A DNA stretch of 37,658 nucleotides, taken from Tolypothrix carrinoi HA7290-LM1. Lineage in GTDB: Bacteria; Cyanobacteriota; Cyanobacteriia; Cyanobacteriales; Nostocaceae. The notes below the pieces were generated by a model. The model saw only the letters and a list, made by a program, of their open reading frames with translations, had not been told where the DNA came from and searched no databases. Numbering within the stretch: position 1 is the stretch's first letter; every line of letters starts with the position of its first letter. The position numbers and the translations under genes are program-made. The DNA is taken from NCBI GenBank assembly GCA_019358935.1, contig JAHHIK010000084.1, positions 1 to 37,658 on the forward strand, given 5' to 3'. This document shows, one piece after another, positions 1 through 8,548 of the stretch.

Positions 1-116
1 AAGGCAATTTAGTTGTCATCTACAGGGGATTAAAGTGCGAACTCTATCCTTTTGAGGATTACCCTATAGAGGCTAATCATCCCCCGATTTCTCGGTTTAG
101 ATTAAACGAATCGCAC
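1..116 (-). mobile_element. Group II intron C, 5' end only (continues beyond left window edge), inserted in tnpB after codons ...S-T-K-T-C
   Basis: Minus strand reads ...TCT ACT AAA ACT TGT|GTGCGATTCGTTTAATC. GTGCGATTCGTT is the same 5' boundary seen at 2739 and 4738, and tnpB homology stops exactly here, at the first Cys of the zinc finger. Confidence 0.8.
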
Positions 117-345
117 ACAAGTTTTAGTAGACGGATACCATTGATCTATAAATATGACCCGCTTGCCTTTCTTTTTGGCAATCCACTCTAGAATTTGTAT
201 AAATTCTCCAAAAGCTAGGTCTGATATCTTGCGTCCCCTTCCTACGTTGCATTCCTTTGAGATTTAAGGTTTCAAAGCACAACACATCAAACTTATTAGT
301 TAGGTCGTGGGCTAGCTTCCAAAACCAATCACGTCTAGCATTAGA
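117..345 (-). pseudogene. tnpB: IS200/IS605 tnpB, exon 2 (between introns B and C), with an internal frameshift near 240
   Basis: Reads SNARRDWFWKLAHDLTNKFDVLCFETLNLKGMQR (RuvC-II Glu), then in a shifted frame GRKISDLAFGEFIQILEWIAKKKGKRVIFIDQWYPSTKTC. Confidence 0.85.
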
Positions 346-2739
346 ATTAAACTCAACGAGATTGTCACCAATCCCGTTGGTCTTCAAAACCGTGCGTAAC
401 AGTTTCCCGTTACACGGCTCCTCAACGGTGCGATGCTTGTCATACATACCTATTGCCATCTCTGGCAGTTTTCTCATCGTGGCAATGTCTGTGCAGAAGT
501 TGTAGGTTTTTATATACATCCTTTCCACCTTTCGATTTGGGGATGATATGGTCAACTTCCATTACATCATCTTCTCTAAAATACAATCCGCAATAGGCGC
601 ATTTCCCTTTTTGTTTTTTGAGTAGCAATGTTACTCTTGTTGGCAGTAAGGGGTTCTTGCCTTTTCTCTCACTCCAGTAGACTAGGTTTCCATCAAAGGG
701 AGAGGCTTTTCCTCTTACTTTAACGTGCCTCACGATTTCTGTCTTGGCGTGTTTCAGTAGGGTTGATGTAACTTTTCCCTCTTTGGTTGATGCGAATACC
801 CAATTGTCGTCGCCTCTTGTCTTCCAGTATTTAACTGAAATCCAATGCCCTGTTTTTCCGGGATGGCGGCGTTTTGCCCAGGATTGAAGCTTTTGAAATA
901 TTAGACGGTCAATATCTGAAAAGATTTCTTTGCTTATCACCATTGAGTAATAATTTGCCCATCCCCTGATTACAGGGTTTAGGCGCTTTATTAGAGCCTC
1001 TTGAGGGGCTGATTTATGAGCGTCGATGAGCCTACAGATTTCGTCGTAATGTCTCTTTATTGCCTTTACACTGGGTTTGATGAGTGTTTTAAATCCTAAT
1101 AATTTTCCTTGTGAGGATTTTCCAGATTGGGTTTTTCCTACTTTGTACTGTCTGATATTAAATCCGAGAAAGTCGAAGCCTTCTTGGGATTTTATATTAG
1201 GTTTTTGTAGGGTGTGACCTATTCTAGTTTTATTAGGTTTTAGTTCTAGTCCCATCTTTTCTAACCACGTAGATATTTCGGCTTTGCATCTTACGATTAC
1301 ATCGAGGTCAGGGTGTAAAATGACAAAATCATCGGCATATCTGATGAGGGATAGTGCTTTTTGATTAGATTTCTTATTTCCTGGCAAGGATTCGGCAATC
1401 TTGTTGATTTCCTCTTCCATTCCATGTAATGCGATGTTTGCTAGTAGAGGAGATATAACCCCACCCTGTGGCGTACCTTCATCTGTTTTTGACCATTCAC
1501 CGCCATCAAATACACCTGATTTTAACCATGCCTTAATTAGACGGTTTAGGGTTGGGAATGTATTGATTTTGGTTAGTAGTTTTTTGTGGTTGATTTTATC
1601 GAAGCATTTTGATATGTCGGCATCTAAAACCCATTTTGGTTTTTGTTTGATCTGACTGAATATTGCTCCGATAGCATCGTGGGCTGAACGTCCTGGTCGA
1701 AAGCCGTAGCTGTTAGGTTCAAACTTTGCTTCCCATTCTGATTCAAGTGCCAGTTTGACAAGCGCTTGTGTTGCCCTATCCTGCATTGTCGGTATCCCTA
1801 AAGGTCTTTTCTCCTCCGTTCCGGGCTTGGGAATCCAGACCCTTCTGGTGGCTTTTACCTTGTTGGTTAGCTTCAGGTTTACAATTAGGGTAATTCTTGC
1901 CTTAGATGTTAAGGATTTGACACCATCAACACCTGCGGTTTTCTTACCTTGGTTATCCTTTTGGACTTTGCGTACAGCTAGTGCTTTTGCTGACCATGAC
2001 CTCATCAAGGTCTTTTGGAGTCTGCGAACTGCCTTAGTATCACCACGAACAGAGGCTTGGAAAATTCTTTTCTGAAGCTTGAACACATGACGCTCTAGCT
2101 TTCGCCAGGGTATCAAGTTCCATTCCACCATCTGATTGTTCAGTGTTTTAGACATATATACTTCTTCTAAAAGACTTTTCCTTTCACACCATCGTGAGTA
2201 CGTCAGCATATCTTGACCATTACGGTCAAGCTTTCGCTTTTTACTCAATCTCTCCCACTACTGCATTCGGTTAGCACCTGCTTTGAGTGTTCGACCTCTC
2301 AAAGAGCTTAATAATGGGTTACTTCGTTCCGGGTGACAATTCTATGTATCTTTAGAGTGATGCTTTTCGCCGGGTTTATTGGGGGTGCATATTGGTCGGG
2401 ACATTATCCGCCAATCCCATATCCTTTACCTTTTGGTGTAGTGATTCAGCCTGATTGCACTACTTGTACGTAACGACGATTCAAACGCATCTTTAAGCCA
2501 AGGCTTTACTCATGGATACTTTGCTCGGTGGACACTGATTTAGGCTGTCAGTGGAGCCACCTTTCATCCCCGCTTTACGGATTGATGGCTAGTCGCTACC
2601 GTAGGGGAAGGGCTTTCACTCCTGCACTTGGAGGATAGGTTTTTCACCTACATTGTCATCCAGTTATCAAGGTTCAGTACCTTGTGGCTAATCCCTCTCC
2701 ACCTTTATTAGGCTTTGATTTCTAGCCAACGAATCGCAC
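346..2739 (-). mobile_element. Group II intron B (IIB/chloroplast-like class), apparently complete, 2394 nt
   Basis: 5' GTGCGATTCGTTGG at 2739. Domain V GAGCCGTGTAACGGGAAACTGTTACGCACGGTTT at 420-387, then domain VI ending ...GAGTTTAAT at 346. Removal joins ...AAG TAT GAG GAT ATT|TCT AAT GCT AGA (KYEDI-SNAR) in frame. Candidate EBS1 AAUGUC (2405-2400) pairs with IBS1 GAUAUU. Confidence 0.93.
440..2155 (-). CDS. ltrA: Group II intron-encoded reverse transcriptase/maturase with HNH endonuclease domain (~571 aa from MSKTL)
   Basis: RT0 KKTAGVDG, RPLGIPT, SYGFRPGRSAHDA, GTPQGGVISPLLANIAL, RYADDF, X domain LNPVIRGWANYY, C-terminal CAYC...EVDHIIP...NLQLLHRHCH. Uninterrupted ORF. Confidence 0.96.
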   Translation of the reverse strand: MSKTLNNQMVEWNLIPWRKLERHVFKLQKRIFQASVRGDTKAVRRLQKTLMRSWSAKALAVRKVQKDNQGKKTAGVDGVKSLTSKARITLIVNLKLTNKVKATRRVWIPKPGTEEKRPLGIPTMQDRATQALVKLALESEWEAKFEPNSYGFRPGRSAHDAIGAIFSQIKQKPKWVLDADISKCFDKINHKKLLTKINTFPTLNRLIKAWLKSGVFDGGEWSKTDEGTPQGGVISPLLANIALHGMEEEINKIAESLPGNKKSNQKALSLIRYADDFVILHPDLDVIVRCKAEISTWLEKMGLELKPNKTRIGHTLQKPNIKSQEGFDFLGFNIRQYKVGKTQSGKSSQGKLLGFKTLIKPSVKAIKRHYDEICRLIDAHKSAPQEALIKRLNPVIRGWANYYSMVISKEIFSDIDRLIFQKLQSWAKRRHPGKTGHWISVKYWKTRGDDNWVFASTKEGKVTSTLLKHAKTEIVRHVKVRGKASPFDGNLVYWSERKGKNPLLPTRVTLLLKKQKGKCAYCGLYFREDDVMEVDHIIPKSKGGKDVYKNLQLLHRHCHDEKTARDGNRYV

Positions 2740-3422
2740 AATATCCTCATACTTGCGTACTAAATTCTTTCTAGCCCGTTCTCGATTGGATGACCCTTTT
2801 AGCTTCTTGGAATGTTGTTTACTCGCTCTGTTAATGGTATTGAGAGACTGTTTAAGAAATTGGGGAGATTTAATACCGGAGCCATCAGAGCAGGTGAGGA
2901 ATGTCTTTAAGCCGAAGTCAAATCCCGCTATTCTACCAGACGTGAATTTGATTTCTGGTTCAACTACATCGTCAACTACGACAACTATAAACAACTCACC
3001 CAATGGTGTGCGTTTAATCGTTAATGTTTTAACTGTTCCCTCTATTTTTCTAGACTTCCAAAATTGATAAACTTTCTGCCCAATTTTGACCCGATTGCTA
3101 CTTAAAAATTTATACCCTGCTTGCTTAAGGGTGAATGATTTGTACTTCTTAACTTTCTTAAATCCTGGCGGACGAACCCCCTTCTTATTGTGTTTAAAAA
3201 ACAATTGGTATGCTTTCAAGGGTGCGTTGACAGATATCTTGCACTGCTTGAGAACCCACTAATTGCCAAAACTCTTTACGTTTCCGCAATTTGGCTATAT
3301 GAGATTGAAGTTTGGCACAACGAGCGGTGTTTACCCCACATCCGGTAGTACCGACGATGAAGGGCAATACAATGATTATAAATGACCCCAGCAGTGTTAA
3401 TCATCCGCTTGAGGCATCTATT
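2740..3422 (-). pseudogene. tnpB: IS200/IS605 tnpB, exon 1; 5'-truncated, with frameshifts near 3320 and 3220
   Basis: ORF 2722-3219 carries PPGFKK, RuvC-I GFDFGLK and RARKNLVRKYEDI. Upstream frames read NRCLKRMINTAGVIYNHCIALHRRYYRMWGKH and CAKLQSHIAKLRKRKEFWQLVGSQAVQDICQR. No start codon or IS left end is visible. Confidence 0.85.
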
Positions 3423-4201
3423 GTTCCGTCTGTTGACTTGTATTTGTGAATATTTTCGATACCATTGAGGGCGATGTTAGCTAAAAGGGGACTTATCACA
3501 CCGCCTTGGGGAGTTCCCTGTTCAGGAAACTCTGGGTTTGTACCCGCCTTGAGGCAGCGGAAGATACCTATTTTCATACCTGCTGGGGCTATGAGGTTAT
3601 CCATGATAGAGGTGTGATTTATCCTGTCGAAGCATTTCTCAATATCAAGTTCTATGACTCGTTTATTGATTCCGTTGCAACTGGAGTTTAGGTTGCTGAA
3701 TAGGATTTTCTGTGCATCATGTGCCGAACGTCCTGGTCTAAAACCATAGCTCTTTGCATGAAAGGTTGCTTCGTGTGCGGGTTCTAGTGCATATTTTGCT
3801 AGGCATTGCCAAGCTCTATCTGCGATAGTCGGGATTTTAAGCATCCTGGTAGAACCGTCCTTTTTAGGAATTGGTATACTCCGGAGTTTTCCGTGTATCC
3901 AGTTCTTCGCGGTTGCGCTTAACAGGTCTTCAAGCTCAAAGCGCTCCTTAGGAGTTAGTAGCTTTTTGCCGTCGATGCCTGCTGTCTTTTTACCTGCGTT
4001 TAGCTGAGTTACTTGACGGATTGCCAAAAATCTAGCCGCTTTGGACTTCAGAATAAGTCGTTGTAGAGACATCGCTTTCCGCTTGTCTCCTACTCGAATA
4101 GCTTTAAACACTCGACGTTGTAGGCGGAATAGGTTCTTCCGAAATTTCTTCCAGTTGAGGTTCTTCCAAGATTCGCTATAGTTTTCTATGCGTCCAATCA
4201 T
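3401..4201 (-). pseudogene. Group II intron A reverse transcriptase, truncated after RT4 (no YADD in window)
   Basis: GKKTAGIDGK, RMLKIPTIADR, SYGFRPGRSAHDAQ, ELDIEKCFDRI, GTPQGGVISPLLANIALNG; the frame then runs into tnpB sequence and stops. Confidence 0.9.
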
Positions 4202-4738
4202 GCTCTGACTCTGTTAAGTGTTTTCTGAATACCTTGCAGCAATTACGCCGCATCCTACCCGAATTAAAGGAATTCCGTATCTCGTCTTACCTACTTTGGG
4301 GTTCGACTATCCCAAGACCTTTAATTCGTTTTTATTCGTTCCCTCAGATGATTGGTTGTTCCGTTAGGTAGTGCCAATTTAACCATCAGACCCCCAGGTT
4401 CTTGCCGTTATTAACTAGACATTCGGCGGGGATTACTCTGATATAGTCGGGGTTACAAGATATGACCCGCTAAAGGCTGGGTTACTTTTCTAGGCATCTG
4501 TTTTACCGTGGGAACTCCCTATTAGCACCAGTGTCCACCCATAACGGTAGTCTGATTGTGCCCTGTCCCCAGCTTCACTCTACAAGTAACGAGCTTGTTC
4601 GGTGTGGGCAGATAAGGAGTCAAGCATGAACCTTGCTGGCAGGGCTTTCACCTGCATCAACCTGAGAGTTTAACTCCGTAGAGTTAGTTAGTATATGTAC
4701 GGACTGGATACCGTGATTCTACTAACAACGAATCGCAC
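3423..4738 (-). mobile_element. Group II intron A, 5' portion (domains I-IV and N-terminal RT), inserted in the dctQ 3' end
   Basis: ...TAAAGGC A GACTAG|GTGCGATTCGTTG at 4738. Candidate EBS1 CUAGUU (4418-4413, loop of a GCCG/CGGC stem) pairs with IBS1 GACUAG. Candidate EBS2 GCCUUUA (4477-4471) is the exact complement of exon UAAAGGC. Confidence 0.9.
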
Positions 4739-5258
4739 CTAGTCTGCCTTTAATAATCGCAAAATTTTTGATAGCCTCAGAAATTCCCTGAAAAATCAAC
4801 AATATACAGGCGACAATAATCATCGCTTTAATCGGGTAACGCGGCAATCCACCCGGATCGGGCGACGTTTCCAGAATTTGCCACGAAGCAGCGATCGTAT
4901 CCCAAGAAAAAATAATTACCATGATGCAGAAGGGAATCAGAAAAAATATTGTTCCCAGCAAATCTGCAACTGCCTTACGCTTAGGCTGCCAATTATTGTA
5001 AAAAATATCAACGCGGACGTGTTCGTTATGTTTGAGCGTGTAAGCCGCTCCTAACAAAAAAACTAAATCAAATATATACCATTGCGCCTCAATGTAAGCA
5101 TTAGAGGTAAGATTGCTGCCGATAATTCGCCCCAAGTATCGCCCAACAACATTCCACACGCCAAGTATGACCATGACTAGCACCAGCCAACTAGTAAGTC
5201 TACCAATGCGATCGTTACAAGCATCAATAATTCTAGAAATTTTTAACAGTTTTTCCAA
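4722..5258 (-). CDS. dctQ: TRAP transporter small permease subunit (DctQ family); last ~5 codons supplied by intron A
   Basis: Four hydrophobic segments, EAQWYIFDLVFLLGAAYTLKHNEHVRVDIFY motif, DPGGLPRYPIK. Confidence 0.88.
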   Translation of the reverse strand: MEKLLKISRIIDACNDRIGRLTSWLVLVMVILGVWNVVGRYLGRIIGSNLTSNAYIEAQWYIFDLVFLLGAAYTLKHNEHVRVDIFYNNWQPKRKAVADLLGTIFFLIPFCIMVIIFSWDTIAASWQILETSPDPGGLPRYPIKAMIIVACILLIFQGISEAIKNFAIIKGRLGAIRC

Positions 5259-5367
5259 TGTTCTCTACCCTCTTCAATAGTCGTAAATGTAGTTTACAAC
5301 CGAACTGAGCAAGCTTATAAAAACTAGCAATAATTGCCAAACTCACACATTTCTACCTCCTACTTAA

Positions 5368-5802
5368 TATACGGCAGTCCTAAATAGCTTTTGAACACCT
5401 ACTTTTCTTTCTTATCTTGGCGTACTTGGTATCTTCTCCTGTCGGAGACGCTGCGCTAAGGCGGTTCGTTATGAATTTTTTGTTGACAATCAACTATATA
5501 TAGTAATCCGTGCAGGAGTTATGATATAGCAATTCTCACTTGCGTCAAATACCCAAACTGATAGTAGGGACAATTCATGAATTGTCCAAGAGTGCGTATT
5601 GTTGTGTATTGCATCTAACTGAAAACCGCTATATTCTTTTAAACGTAGAGGCGTTGGCGGTAGCCTGCGGCAAGCCGCAGGCTAGCCTCAAGGGAGAGAA
5701 GCGGCTTGCACTTCTGCTACCGCAAAGACGTTCGCCTTGGTCTCCAACAAAAGAAGAAAAAAAGATGCAGAGACTTTTCCTAAATGATTTATAACTGCTA
5801 TA
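5368..5802. mobile_element. Cluster of nested/degenerate TA-flanked MITEs with embedded small hairpin repeats
   Basis: Inner element 5525-5633 has imperfect TIRs TATAGCAATTCTCA.../...TGAAAACCGCTATA and a central GTAGGGACAATTCATGAATTGTCC hairpin. Outer ends resemble TA(C/T)GGCAGTCCTAAAT (5368) and TAAATGATTTATAACTGCTATA (~5781-5802). Palindrome TAGCCTGCGGCAAGCCGCAGGCTA at ~5661-5684. Confidence 0.55.
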
Positions 5803-5816
5803 TTTTAATAAAAAAG

Positions 5817-5856
5817 ACCCATAAATAATCGTTTTTGTGTGAGATTATTTATGGGT
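5817..5856 (-). terminator. Intrinsic terminator of the lectin gene
   Basis: 14-bp stem ACCCATAAATAATC / GATTATTTATGGGT followed by a T-run on the minus strand, ~25 bp after the stop at 5883. Confidence 0.65.
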
Positions 5857-6433
5857 TATCGATGTCTTGACATAGAAGAATATTATCTCTCTTCTTCTCT
5901 CACAAAAATATTCCTCAAAACCCATTTACTCCAGTCTTTACCATTAAGTTTGGTTTGCCAAGCTTGATATAACTTTTGACCGTAACCGACTCCAAATATC
6001 GTCAATCTACCATCCTGATTTTGGCTAACTTTAAGATTCTTACTAATTTGCTCGGTAAAATCTTGCCATTTGCCCCATTTACCATTAGGTTCAGTTTGTG
6101 CAACTCGATATGCTTTTTTATCAGTACTAATTGCAAAAGCTTCTAGTCTACCATCTGGATTTTGAGCTACTGCTAAAGTTTTCGCAACTCCACGAGAAAG
6201 ATTGTCCCATTTACTCCAATTGTTACTATTGATTGTGGTTTGCCAAATATGATATGCCTTATCATCAGTACCAACTACAAAAACTTCTAATCTGCCATCT
6301 TTGTTTGGAGCTACTGTTACACTTTTAGCAGTTCCATCAGCAAGACTGTCCCATTTACTCCAATCCTTACTATTAAGTGTAGTTTGCCAAGCATGATAGA
6401 CTTTGTTATCAGTACCAATTGCAAAAACTTCTA

Positions 6434-7758
6434 GTACAGGGTGGCGGAAATAAACCGACCATTTTTGTGAGAGACTAAGTAAGAAGGGTGAAAACTTTTA
6501 TAGATAGTTTTTAAGGAATCAGGGTGTGGCAAGGTTAGCTCCAAAATCATTAGAATTGCTGTGTGGTGAACGGGACGAACTGGAACATTTACTCAAAAGG
6601 CACAGTACACCACAGCAAATCGGACTACGAGCAAAAATTATTCTACTTGCTTGGGAGGGCAAAAATAACCGTGACATTGCTCGAACGTTGAATATTAGTA
6701 GAGATATGGCTCGGACGTGGCGAAACCGATGGTTAGAATTAGGCGATCGCCAATTACCAGTGATGAAAAAATTGAGCGATGCAGAACGGGGTGGGGCACC
6801 TGCAAAATTTAGTATGGAGCAAGTAATTGAGTTGTTCGCGCTTGCATGTTCGCTACCCGAAGACTATGGACGACCAATAAGTCATTGGACAGCAAGAGAA
6901 CTGGCGGACGAAATCATCAAACAAGGCATTATTGAAAGCATATCAGTCCGTCATGTTAAAAGATTATTAGAAGAAGCAGAACTTAAACCCCACTCCTCGT
7001 CGCTACTGGTTAACACTGAACTGAGGACGAAGAATTTGACGCAAAAGTTGAAGATATTACTAGTTTGTACATCAGTGCAATTGAACGTTACAAAAACGGA
7101 GAGCGTACAATGTCCATTGATGAAATGACGGGTATTCAAGCTACTGAGCGTCTAGAAAAAGACTTACCGATACGACCAGGTAAGGTTGAAAAAAGAGAGT
7201 TTGAGTACATTCGTCACGGTACACAAAGCTTAATTACCAGCTTCGATGTTGCCACTGGTCAAATTGTTGAACCCAAATGTGGAGATTCAAGAACAGAAGT
7301 TGATTTTGTCCTTCATGTTCGTCGAGTTCTAGACAGTGACCTTCATGCGATAAAATGGCATTTAATTATGGACTGTCTTAACACTCATCAGTCTGAGTCC
7401 TTAGTTCGTCTTGTTGCTGAAAAAGAAGGTTTAGACATCGACCTTGGCATTAAGGGTGAAAGTGGCATCCTCAAATCGATGAAATCTCGTGCAGCTTTTT
7501 TGAGTGACCCAACACACCGAATCGTTTTTCATTACACGCCCAAGCATTCTTCTTGGCTCAACCAAATTGAGATTTGGTTCAGTATTTTGGTTCGCAAGTT
7601 ACTTAAGCGTGCCAGCTTCAAGAGTCAGAATGATCTGAAAACTCGAATCCTTGATTTTATTGACTATTTTAACAAAACAATGGCTAAACCTTTTAAGTGG
7701 ACGTATAAGGGTAAAGTATTGGCTATTTAATAGTTGGCTTATTTACGCCGTGCCGTAC
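6434..7758 (+). mobile_element. IS630-family insertion sequence, 1325 bp, TA target duplication
   Basis: Imperfect TIRs GTACAGGGTGGCGGAAATAAACCGAC / revcomp GTACGGCACGGCGTAAATAAGCCAAC. TA at 6432-33 and 7759-60. The empty site AACTTCTAGTCTGCCATC matches the sister repeat at 8041. Confidence 0.93.
6526..7730 (+). pseudogene. IS630 transposase (HTH ORF 6526-~7010, DDE ORF ~7025-7730); junction appears damaged
   Basis: N-terminal HTH (RAKIILLA...WRNRW...HWTARELA) and DDE residues in [12 protein letters not shown] and SSWLNQIE. The linker RYWLT lies in a third frame ending in TGA, so two frame changes are needed. Confidence 0.8.
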
Positions 7759-8548
7759 TAGTCTGCCATCTTGATTGGGAACTAATGTTAGGTTATCAGC
7801 AATGCCACGAGAAAGATCGTCCCATTTACTCCATTCTTCGCTGTTGGGTTTAGTTTGGTGAGCGTAATAAACCTTATCATCAGTACCGATCGCCACAACT
7901 TCTAATCTACCATCTTTATTTGCAGCTACTGCCAAACTTTTCGCAATCCCACTCCTAAGGCTTTTTAATGGACTCCAATCTTTGCCATTAACCGTGGTTT
8001 GCCGAGCATGGTAAACTTTTTTATCGTTACCAATTGTAAAAACTTCTAGTCTACCATCTTGATTAGAAGCTACTGTCAGACTTTTAGCAGTTTGATTTGA
8101 AAGACTTTGCCAATCACTCCAATCTTCGCCATTCGGTGTATTTTGCCAAGCATGATGAATATTATCATCAGTGTCAATTACAAAAGCTTCTAATCTACCA
8201 TCTTGATTTTGACTAATTGCTAGGCTACCTGTGACGCGATTTAAGTCTAACTGAGTAAAAATCGTATTTGCTTGAGTAGATTCTTGTAGATTCGCCATTT
8301 AAACCTCCTAAATCTCTATTAAATGAGAGATGAATAAATAAAGAATGACAATTTTTATCTCTGCCTTTTATTTAATAGGCTTAATCGCAATCAAATTATG
8401 CAGTTTATCGTAGCGTCCACCTTTGCATCTATCTAAAGTAGTTTTTTGCATGAAACGCGCTGCAAACAAGATCCCCCCATCTCTAATAAAAGCGATCGCT
8501 TGTGCTTTCAACGCGATAAAATTCTCAAGCACAACGCACTCCACAGCT

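Larger units (their letters stand above)
5883..8298 (-). pseudogene. Seven-bladed beta-propeller, PLL/PHL-like lectin (362 aa when restored), interrupted by IS630
   Basis: Seven N-x-DGRL(E/T)(V/A/I)-F/V...W-Q...W-x-x-W repeats: three complete plus the start of the fourth in 7759-8298, the rest in 5883-6433. Removing the IS and one TA gives a 1089-nt open frame ending ...VREEER*. Confidence 0.85.

Noticed and set aside
124..555. 143-aa minus-strand ORF
   Set aside because: Chimera of the RT 3' alternative frame, intron B DV/DVI and tnpB exon 2; not a gene.
440..4201. RTs as a retron, DGR or CRISPR-associated RT system
   Set aside because: Both have group II intron RT0/X features and intron RNA boundaries. 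No TR/VR pair, msr-msd or cas genes are seen.
5540..5794. 84-aa ORF
   Set aside because: Lies wholly within MITE/palindrome sequence and has no protein-like motifs.
7759..7768. IS630 target context GGCAGACTAG (minus strand) is identical to the 10 nt preceding intron A
   Set aside because: IS630 needs only (C)TA(G) and the intron uses EBS pairing. Both sites encode G-R-L, so this is most likely coincidence.
5883..8298. ~140-bp periodic repeats as a CRISPR array
   Set aside because: They are degenerate protein-coding propeller blades, not identical repeats with unique spacers.
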